Positions 27,640 through 37,135 of a stretch of 64,000 bases of DNA are shown here, piece by piece. Position numbers and translations under genes: made by a program. Origin of the DNA: Mobula hypostoma (lineage: Eukaryota); the NCBI RefSeq assembly GCF_963921235.1, contig NC_086108.1, positions 92,444,001 through 92,508,000 of the forward strand, read 5' to 3'. The notes beneath the pieces were generated by a model, which was not told the DNA's origin, searched no databases, and saw only the letters and a list, made by a program, of their open reading frames with translations. Numbering within the stretch: the first letter of the stretch is position 1; each line of letters starts with the position of its first letter.

Positions 27640-27985
27640 CTTTCTTTCCTTCCTGAACCCTCGCATCCCTCCTTACCCCTCCCCAACTATCTCCCTAATC
27701 ATCTCATCTCTCTGTAACACCATCCCCCACTTCCCTTACATCTTTCCCTACCCCAGGCCCTTCCTACCTCCCCAGTTATCTCATCTCTCCCTCATACCCT
27801 CCCCTCTTGGCTTCCCTCTGGCCCGCACACCTCTCATCCCTCCCTAACCCCATCTCATCGCTCCTTAAACCCTATCTCATCTCTCCCTTCTTTACCTCCC
27901 CTCACATCCCTCACTAAACCCCATCTTCTCTACCTTCGTCCCCTCTCTATCCCTAGGACCTCTCTCACCGCCCCCTCCCCTCTCC
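27640..27985. repeat. Pyrimidine-rich low-complexity tract with a recurring ATCTCATCTCTCCC-like unit
   Basis: About five degenerate copies near 27700, 27778, 27832, 27852 and 27874; almost no G on the + strand. Confidence 0.75.
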
Positions 27986-28300
27986 CGGGTGGCGCGGCCT
28001 TTACCTGGGGGCCGGGTACCGAGGCGGTGGCCGATGCAGCCGGGCCGGGTGCTCGCGACCCTCACCTCAGCGCCTGATCCTTCAAAGGTCACCGCGGCCC
28101 TCACCCCGTCCGGCGAGAGGGGAGACCCTTTCCTGGTTCCCCGCTTAGAGACGCCGTCTCGGTCTCCCGCCTGCCATCCTCTCGGTCACGCTGCCAGAGA
28201 GAGCGAGAGGCTCTCGGAAGCCAGTGAAAGCTGGTAGACTCTCCCCTTTCAGCCAGCCCTTTATCCTCACCCTCTCTTACACGCTGAGCTCCTTCTCCCT
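27985..28300 (-). promoter_or_regulatory. TLCD4: CpG island; probable TLCD4 promoter and non-coding exon 1
   Basis: The only clear GC- and CpG-dense stretch outside recognisable transposons, 13 kb upstream of the first coding exon. Minus-strand donors CCAG|gtaaag (exon end 28005) and GAG|gtgagg (exon end 28066). The first coding exon has a splice acceptor, so an upstream exon is required. Confidence 0.7.
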
Positions 28301-29031
28301 GCTGCACTCCACCACCACGATCTCTGTCGTCTCAACAGGAAGCTCCACTTGTTAAACGCATCCCTTCCCTGTCTCACCACCCTCAAGAGCTCATTGGAGC
28401 TCTTCGGCGACTTAACATTCAGCCAAAAAGAAGGTCTGTTTACTTGTCTTGAAAGGGCAGGGAGTTTTAAAAACACTATTTATTTATACTGCACAGTCAA
28501 TTAGATAGGGTAGACTGTCTCTTTTTTCCAGAATCTTCTTTTCTCTCAGCGTAGAAATGGCAAGTATTAGAGGACATGCGTAAGGGTGAGAGGGGATAAA
28601 GTTTAAAGGAATGGTAGGTGCCTGGAGCAATGCACAGTATACTGGAAGCAGGTTGAGCAGCATCTGTGGAAGAACAGGAATTGTCAGCATTTTGGTTAGA
28701 AACATTGCACCAGGACAGATTTTCTCCAGATTGCAACATCTGCAGTCCTTTATGTCCCACATGAGGGAGTGGAAAAGGTGGGCATGCATTAAGGCTGATT
28801 TATACTTCTGCGTAGTAGCCTACGCCGTAGCCTATGCAAGTGGCCTATGCCATTGTGAGCATTTACACTTGTGCGTTCGTGTGTCTGTGTCGCTCTGCAA
28901 TTCACTGCCAAAACACTAGTTGGCGGTGGGGTTTCTGTGCCACTGTGTTGGGTTTCTTCGTGTTGAAACTCAACACGAAGAAACTCAAACTTCAAACAAT
29001 GGCGACTGAAACTGAAGGAGGGTGAATTTTC

Positions 29032-29234
29032 AAAACGCAAGCAACAGGAATACTGCAGATGCTGGAAATTCAAGCAACACACATCAAAGTTGCTGGTGAA
29101 CACAGCAGGCCAGGCAGCATCTCTAGGAAGAGGTACAGTCGACGTTTCAGGCCGAGACCTTTCGACAGTCCTGGCGAAGGATCTCGGCCTGAAACGTCGA
29201 CTGTACCTCTTCCTAGAGATGCTGCCTGGCCCGG
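29032..29234. mobile_element. Fold-back Penelope pseudo-LTR insertion inside the Harbinger
   Basis: 15-bp duplication ggagggtgaattttc at 29017-29031 and 29235-29249; perfect 50-bp inverted repeat 29108-29157 / 29182-29231. Confidence 0.9.
29167..29202 (+). ncRNA. Minimal hammerhead motif with intact GTC site but altered core
   Basis: AGTC-CTGGCGA-aggatctcggcct-GAAAC-GTC-GACT; the canonical core is CTGANGA. Confidence 0.7.
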
Positions 29235-29734
29235 GGAGGGTGAATTTTCTGTGCTTGTCCAGCCACTGAGAGACATGGACGAGGAAATGCATTTCAAATA
29301 TTTTCGGATGTCGGCAGGTAGATTTGTCGATTTGGTTCATCGTCTCCAACCATTTATTTTGCATCAGTGTACGCACAGTATACTCAGAGACTGGCAATCA
29401 CCTTTCGAGTTTTAGCTTCAGGTGGAAGTCAACAGGCTGTAGCAGCCAGCTACATACTGGCATCAAGCACAGGGTCCTCCATAATTTCGGAGCTCTGTAA
29501 AGCTTCATGGAAAGCATTGCAGCCAGAGTTCCTTCCCTGCCCTTCAGTCGCCCAATGGGAAGCTATTGCGGCGTAGGAGGAAATGTGATGCTACCAAGTG
29601 GACCAATCACAGTTGTTGCGGTCTGTGTCGCCACGACGCGTAGTTACATTTTTGGGGAGGCGTGCGTCAGGCTACAGCGTGGGGTACGCAGCTACCACGT
29701 CGATTTGACGCAGAAGTATAAATTGGCCTTAAGG

Positions 29735-30410
29735 CTTTTGGTGAGGTATACTGAACTCTGACAATTCCCAGAGGGTCAGGGAGCAGCTGTGGGGGGAAGA
29801 GCACATTGGAAGAACAGAACTTTGTGTCCTCACTAGCAACAGGTGAGGTCTAGAGAGCAGCAAATGTTGTCCCTTCATTCAAGGAGTATTGCATACAGCT
29901 CTGGTCACCTCATTATAAGAAGGATGTCAAGACTTTGGAGAGAGTGCAGAAGAGGTTTACCAGGATGCTGCCTAGATTAGAGGGCACAACGAGAGGCTAG
30001 ACAAACTTGGGTTATTTTCTCTGAAGTGGCAGAGGCTAGGGTGTGTCTGATAGAGGTCTATAAGTTTATGAGAGGCATAGATAGAGTAGACAGACAGTAC
30101 CCAGGGTTAAAATGTCTAAACCTAGAGGACATGCATTTAAGGTGAGAGAAGGTAATTTCAAAGGAGACACAAGGAGCAGTTTTTTTACACAGAGAGTGCT
30201 GGGTGCCTGGAATGGTGTTAAAGAAAGAAACAGGAAATTTTAAGAGGCGTTCAGATTGGCACATGAATGTGAGGAAAGTGGAAAGATGTGCATATTGTGT
30301 AGGCATAAGGGATTAGTTTAGTTGGCCATTTGATTACCAATTTATTTGGTTGGGCACAACATTATGGGCTGAAGGACCTGTCCCTGTGCTGTAATGTTCG
30401 ATGATCTATG
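29735..30410 (+). mobile_element. CR1 LINE fragment(s)
   Basis: EYCIQLWSPHYKKDVKTLERVQKRFTRMLPRL; 3' UTR gaaggacctgtccctgtgctgtaatgttc. Confidence 0.8.
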
Positions 30411-30846
30411 AAGGGAAGTAAGGATAACGCAGTTATGCCACAATAGTGTAGCAGCACAACACTATTACATCTCAGGGAATCAGTTCTGGCATTCTCTACA
30501 AGAAGTTTGTATGTCCTCCCCATGGATTGTGTGGGTTTATTCCAGGTGCTCCAGTTTCCTCCCAGGCTCCAAAGATGTATTGGTTAGTAGTTTAACTGGG
30601 CATTGAAAATTGTCCCATGATCAGTCTAGGGTTAAGTCAGGAGTTGCAGCTGGAAGGGCCTATTCTGTGTTATATCTCTAAATAAAATTAATATAGAAGC
30701 CTGGACCAGGTTGGTCGGGACAGTGGCGGAAGCAGATACAATAGTGGTATTTAAGTGGCTGTGATAGATACATGACTATACAGGCAAAGGAGGAATATGG
30801 TTCAGGCAGAAGAGATTTAGTTTAATTTAGCTTTATGCTCATTGCA

Positions 30847-31075
30847 TGAAGCACCTTCAATAACTCCAAAAGACTGAAGTTGGGTAAAATACTGAAAGGC
30901 TTTTATTCGCTGTACAATACGACCTCCATGCTGAGAGTCTGCCCCCGGCCTGAGGGGGAGGGGCAAGGCAAAATCACCTTTATTCAGGGGGCTGAGGGAG
31001 GAGCCACAGGGGCAGTCAGCAGAGGGGCGTGTCCAGACAGTTAACCCCGTTACAACATATATATGGTTTACCACA
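30847..31075 (-). repeat. 3' LTR of Gypsy element 1
   Basis: Direct repeat of 35002-35230, about 16 substitutions by manual count, preceded by the PPT on the minus strand. Confidence 0.95.
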
Positions 31076-31144
31076 TTCACCCCTCCTCTTTTTTAAAAGA
31101 GTCCTGCGGGGTGAAGTGACTGACAATATTTAACACAAGTATAT

Positions 31145-34100
31145 TTACAGGTCAAGTCTATCAGGCGGTCGAGTCCGTCGCTGTGATCTACGTAGCACTG
31201 GTGGTGATTGCATCGGTGACGACGGTTGTGCTGGCTCCGGCCTGACTTGAGGTGCCAGCACATTAGGTGTTGTTAATCCTTCGTGCGTGTGCGTCGCGCC
31301 CGGTCTGGGAGTGTCATGCGGTGTCTGTGGAGGGCTTGGAGTGAGCAGTGTCTCGTGGGTACATACATCGGTGGGTACAGGGTTAATAGTCACCATGGAG
31401 TGTTCAGAGTAGGGGCCCGGTGCTCCTGCGGGCACCAGGTCGCGGATGGAGACCGTGTCCTCCCGCCCATCAGGTAAAACCACATAGGCATACTGGGGGT
31501 TCACATGAAGTAAGTGAACCCTCTCGACCATCGGGGAGTATTTATTGCTCTCGCATGTTTCCGGAGCAGCACGGGGACGTCAGCCAAGTTGGTAGGGTGG
31601 TCCCAGTGGTCGACTTTCTGGGAAAAGAAAAGAGCCACTCATGAGGGGTGGTATTGGTGGCCGTGCATAACGGAGCGGATGGAGTGGAGTGCCTCGGGAA
31701 GGACCTCCTGCCAGCGGGAGACCGGCAGTCCCTTTGATCTGAGGGCTAAGAGTGTGGCTTTCCACACCGTGCCATTCTCCTTTTCCACCTGTCCATTCCC
31801 CCGGGGATTATAGCTCGTGGTCCTACTAGTTGCAATTCCCCTAGCCAGTAAGTACTGGCGCAGCTCGTCACTCATAAACGAGGACCCTGTCACTGTGGAT
31901 ATAGCATGGGTATCCAAACAGAGTGAAGAGCTTGCGCAGGGCTTTTATAACTGACGTGGTAGTGGTGTCAGGGCAGGGGATGGCAAAGGGGAACCGCGAG
32001 TACTCGTCAATAACGTTAAGAAAGTACACATTGTGGTCGGTGGAGGGAAGGGGGCCCTTAAAGTCAACACTCAGTCGCTCAAAGGGGCGGATGTCCTTGA
32101 TGAGTTGTGCCTTTTCGGGTCGGTAGAAGTGCGGTTTGCACTCTGCACAGACTTGGCAGTCGCTGGTCATTGTCCTGATCTCCCCAAGGGAGTAAAGCAG
32201 GTTCCGGGCTTTCACGAAGTGGAAAAGCCAGGTGACCCCCGTGTGGCAAAGATCTACATGTAGGGCATATAGCCAGTCGATCTGGGCGCTGGCGCACGTT
32301 CCCCGGGATATGGCATCAGAGGGCTCGTTGAGCTTCCCAGGCCTGTACATGATGTCATAGTTGTAGGTTGAGAGTTCGATTCTCCACCTCAGAATTTTAT
32401 CATTTTTGATTTTGCCCTGCTGTTGGTTATTAAACATGAATGCGACTGAGCGCTGGTCAGTTAGCAGGGTGAACCTTTTGCCGGCAAGATAGTGCCTCCA
32501 GTGCCTAATAGCTTCCACTATGGCCTGGGCCTCTTTCTCCACTGCGGAGAGCCGAATGTCAGGGCCTTGAAGAGTATGGGAGAAGAACGCCACTGGTCTT
32601 CCCGCCTGGTTAAGGGTAGCAGCCAGTGCAAAGTCGGAGGTGTCGCTCTCTACTTGGAAGGGAATGGCCTCATCCACCGCATGCATTGCTGCTTTGGCAA
32701 TGTCCCCTTTTATGCGGCTGAAGGCCGCAAGGCCTTGGCTCAGAGGGGGACTGTGGTGGACTTGACCGGGGGCGGGCCTTGTCTGCGTAGTTAGAGACCC
32801 ATTGGGCTTAATATGAAAAGAAGCCCAGGCACCTTTTGAGGGTTCTGAGGGTGTTGGGAAGAGGGAGTTCCAACAGGGGACGCATACGGTCGGAGTCAGG
32901 GCCAATGACTCCGTTCTCCACGACACACCCAAGGATAGCAAGTCGAGTGGTCCCGAATACACACTTGTCCTTGTTATAGGTGAGATTGAAAACTTTGGCC
33001 GCTTGGAGGAATTTTTGGAGGTTGTTGTCTTGATCCTACCGGTCGTGACCGCAGATGGTGATGTTATCCAGCTATGGGAACGTGGCCTTCAGTTGGCACT
33101 GGTCCACCATACCTCTGGAAGACAAATACACCATTCGTGACACCGAAGGGGACGTGCAGGAATTGATAAAGCCTCCCGTCTGCCTCGAAGGCGGTGTAAG
33201 GGCGGTCCTCTCGGCGGATGGGAGCAGATGGTAAGTGGATTTTAGATCTATGGTCGAGTACACCTTGTACTGTGCTATCTGATTGACCATATCCGCGATG
33301 CGGGGTAGAGGGTACGCGTCGAGCTGCGTGAACCTATTGATGGTCTGGCTATAGTCCATGACCAACCTATTCTTCTCTCCGTTCTGAACTTGCCTCAATG
33401 ACCCCCTCCCTGAGCAGCCGCTGCACCTCCGACTTAATGAAAGCTCTGTCCCCCGCGCTGTACCTACTGCATTTAGTTGTCACAGGTTTATACTCGGGGG
33501 TCAGGTTGGCAAACAGCGGTGGGGGAGGGATCTTGAGGGTGGAGAGGCCGCAAGTGGTGTTGGTAGTGCGGCAGTTGGCATGGTGTTGGGTGGGATGTGC
33601 GGGTCAGTGTGTGTGTGTGGTCAGTAGTGGGGTATGTGAAGTATCCCTACAAAACTGGGGATTTACAACAGTAATTGGTGGGAGGGGCCCATCATACTTC
33701 ATTGTCACGCTTTTCAGGTGGCTCTGGAAGTCAAGCCCCAATAGCACAGGGGCACACAGTTGAGGCATGACCAGTAACATAAAGACTCGATATTCTGTGT
33801 CCTGCACCACTAGCGTCGCTACACAAACTCCCCGGATGTCTGTTGTATGCGACCCAGAAACCATGGTGACCCTCTGACTTACCGGCCGTATCTCGAGTCT
33901 GCAATGCTGCAGCGTGTCCGGGTGGATAAAACTCTCCGTGCTGCCTGTGTCAAACAGGCAGCTTGTTCTGCGCCCCTCCACCAGGATGTCCATCATTGAC
34001 CTTGCGAGCTGGTGGGGAGTGCTTTGGTCGAGGGTCACGGAGGCCAGGGTGAGTTGCTGTCTTGGTCCGGCGCGGTGGGGTGCCCCATGAGCACCCGTTG

Positions 34101-34975
34101 GTTGTAGGCGGTGGGAGGGGGTGCTGACCAAGATGGCGATCCCCATGTCTCGCATGTGGTGGCGGCGTGCAGGGAAGATGGCGGCAAGCAAGATGGCGAC
34201 CCCCATGTCTCGCACACGGCACTGTTCGATCCTGCTCGTGATTTGGACTTACAGACCTTGGCGAAGTGGCCCTTCTTTCCGCAGCTGGAGCAGGTAGCTT
34301 GTCGAGCCGGGCAGCGTTTCCGGGGGTGCTTCTCGAGTCCGCAGAAGTAGCACTTCGTGGACTCGTGACTGGCGGCAGCCGAGGTCGATTCGCCGGTGGG
34401 TTGTGGGGTCTGCGGCACCCACCAGGCCGTCAGCGGATCGCGTGCCTGGAGAGCCTCGGAGTTATGCAGAGCAGCCTCCAGCGTGTCGGTCAGCTCGATC
34501 GCCGAACTTAAGGTAAGATCGGCTTTCTCCAACAGCCACTGGCGCACATACACTGACCTGGTCCCCGTGACAAAGGCGTCTCTCACTAGGAGTTCTGTAT
34601 GCTGCGCCGCCGTCAGCTCCTGGCAATTGTAGGCTCGCATGAGTGTCCATAGGGCCTGGACGAACTCAGCACTTGATTCCCCGGGCCATTGTTGCCATGT
34701 CACTAAGCGATGCCGAGCATAGACGCTGTTTATCGGCCGCAGGTATTGTCCTTTGAGGGCGCTCATCGCGCCGTCGTAGCTCGGCTGGTCTCTGATCAGC
34801 GAATAGACCCGTGGACTGACCCTGGAGAGTAGAACTCTGCGCTTCGCTACAGGGTCTTCACTTTAATCTCCTCTAGGTACGCTTCGAAGCAGGCCAGCCA
34901 GAGTTCGAAAGCGTTTCCAGCTTCAGGCGTTTGCGGATCAAGGTCTAACTTGTCGGATCTCAGAGAGTGTTCCAT
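31145..34975 (-). pseudogene. gag-pol of Gypsy element 1 (gag, PR, RT, RNase H, integrase)
   Basis: Gag double knuckle CYFCGLEKHPRKRC…CSSCGKKGHFAKVC; PR LFDTGS; RT DAYPLPRI…IDLKSTYH; RNase H VESDTSDFALAA…EKEAQAI; integrase H…H…CQVC, SVDFKGP, HSD, GNGQVEKEN. Contains stops and frameshifts. Confidence 0.93.
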
Positions 34976-35001
34976 GCTTTAAAATTTACAGCGAATAAAA
35001 T

Positions 35002-35230
35002 TGAAGCACCTTCAATAACTCCAAAAGACTGAGGTTTGGTAAAATACTGAAAGGCTTTTATTCGCTGTACAATACGACCTCCATGGTGAGTGTCTGCCCC
35101 CGGTCTGAGGGGGCGGGGCAAGGCGAAATCACCTTTGTACAGGAATCTGAAGGAGGAGCCACAGGGGCAGTCAGCAGAGGGGCATCTCCAGACAGTTAAC
35201 CCAGTTACAACATATATATGGTTTACCACA
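35002..35230 (-). repeat. 5' LTR of Gypsy element 1
   Basis: Upstream of the gag ATG (34975); contains AATAAA on the minus strand. Confidence 0.95.
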
Positions 35231-35964
35231 GTGCAACCATTGTGGGCTGAAGGGCTTGCTCCTGTTCTGTATTGTTCCATGTTGGAATTATCCAGTTTGC
35301 AATACAGTTCATCAACATCAGTGAATAATCCTAGTTGACAGTTTATTTTATATTATGAAATGATAAGGTTTTATTGATAAACAATTTCAAATGCAAGTTA
35401 TTGCTGAAAAATAAACCATATTGAAGTCCTGAAAATTGAAGTAAACTGCACAGGCTGTACGTGCTTAATCCAAGGTGGTTGATAATTTGGACGTGACAAG
35501 CTAAAAATGAAAATCTATTTTAAAAGCATTCGGCCATCAATGTAATTATTTTGATGCATTTTTTCAACATATCTCACAAAATTGCAAAATTTTAAGGGTT
35601 TATTGTTTCCAGAATTTATTTTATACTTCAGATTATCAATGACTGCAGTTTCATTAATCTGAAATGGAATTTCTGCCGTCTTGCACTGACTTGACATAAC
35701 ATTGATCTGTTTGAGCAGAAAAAAAACCAAAATTGATCAAGAGCAGACGATACATGTGTTAACATGTCCTGGCCTAGATACAGTACAAAACTGGGCAGGG
35801 AAAGCATGATTCTAACTCATCAAAACCTGATAGTATTATTAAAGTTTTCACCTGACCAAAACAAACTCAATGTAGGGCCCTTTGGGCTTGGAATGGGTCA
35901 CCTGCTCTGCTTTGCATCAATCAACTTTGCTGTGTTATTTTGTACCTTGTTTTCCACATTTCCA

Positions 35965-37135
35965 TAAGACCATAAGATAGAGGAACAGAATTAGGTCATT
36001 TGGCCAATCGAGTCTGCTCCATCATTTCATCATTGCTGATCTATTTTCTCTCTGAGCCCCAGTCTCCTTCCTTCTCCCTGTGTCCCTTCATGCCCTGACT
36101 AATCAAGAATCTAACAACCTCTGCCTTAAATTTATCCAATGATTGGCCTCCATAGCTGCCTGTGGCAACGAATTCCACAGATTCACCATTCTCTGGCTAA
36201 GGAACTTCCTCCTCATCTCTGTTCTAAAAGGATGCCTCTCTCTTCTGAGGCTGTGTCCTCTGGTCTTACACTCCCCCACCAAAGGAAACTTCCCTCCACC
36301 TCCACTCTACCTCAGCCTTTCAACAATCAATAAGTTTCATTGAGGTCACCCCTCATTCTTCTGAATTCCAGTGAGTACAGCCCAGCGCAATCAAACACTC
36401 TTCATATGACAAGCCTTTTAATCCCGGAATCATTTTTGTGAATTTCCTTTGAACCCTCTCCAATGTCAGTACATCCTTTCTTAGATAAGGGGCCCAAAAA
36501 TGTTCCTAATATTCCAAGTGAGGCCTCACCAGTGCTTCATAAAAGCCTCAACATTACATCCTTGCTTTTGTATTCCAGTCCTCTTGAAATGAATGCTAAC
36601 ATTACATTTGCCTTCTTCACCACCAACTCAACCTGCAAATTAACCTTTAGGGAGTCCTGCACAAGGGCTCCCAAGTTGCTTTGCACCTCAGATTTTTGAA
36701 TTTTCTGTCCATTTAGAAAATAGTCTTATTTTTTCTACCAAAGTGCATGACCATTCACTTCCCAACACTGTATTTCATCGCCCACTTCTTTGCCCATTCT
36801 CTTAGTCCCTCCGTAGCCTCTCTACTTTCTCAAAACTATCTGTCCCCTACGTATTTTCATATTATCTGCAGACTTTGCCACAATTCCGTGATCTAAGTCA
36901 TTGACGTAAAAAGAATCAGTCCCAACAGAGACCCCTGTAGAACACCGCTAATCACCGGCAGCCATCCAGAAAAGACTCCCTTTATTCCCACTCTTTGCCT
37001 CCTGCCAATCGGCCACTGCTTTATCCATGCTAGAATCTTTCCGTAATACCATGGGCTAGTAGTTTGTTAGGCAACCTCAAGTGTGGCACCTTGTCAAAGG
37101 CCTTCTGAAAATCCAAGTACACAACGTCAACCAAT
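35965..37135 (-). mobile_element. CR1 LINE 3' portion (RT and 3' UTR, with internal deletions)
   Basis: Minus strand DVVYLDFQKAFDKVPH…; tail tcttatggtcttatg. Confidence 0.88.

Larger units (their letters stand above)
28792..29729 (+). mobile_element. PIF/Harbinger internally deleted element
   Basis: TIRs aggctgatttatacttctgcgt / acgcagaagtataaattggcct, with TTAA context at both ends. Transposase N-terminal/HTH remnant [15 protein letters not shown]…[16 protein letters not shown]…[15 protein letters not shown]. Confidence 0.88.
30847..35230 (-). mobile_element. Complete Ty3/Gypsy LTR retrotransposon (Mag/SURL-like gag), decayed, without a tRNA PBS
   Basis: 229-bp TG…CA LTRs at 30847-31075 and 35002-35230; PPT aaaaaagaggaggggtgaa; flanks ttgca / gtgca (5 bp, one mismatch); inserted in a CR1 3' UTR. 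Confidence 0.95.

Noticed and set aside
28789..29415. Overlapping ORFs on both strands sharing the peptides [16 protein letters not shown] and [16 protein letters not shown]
   Set aside because: An artefact of the 50-bp inverted repeat, not a protein repeat.
28789..29732. piggyBac assignment based on TTAA flanks
   Set aside because: Termini lack the CCY start typical of piggyBac, and the coding remnant is Harbinger-type. The exact TSD length remains ambiguous.
34960..35338. ORFs across the Gypsy 1 LTRs (also 30817..31080)
   Set aside because: Chance reading frames duplicated because the LTR is duplicated; they extend into unrelated flanks.
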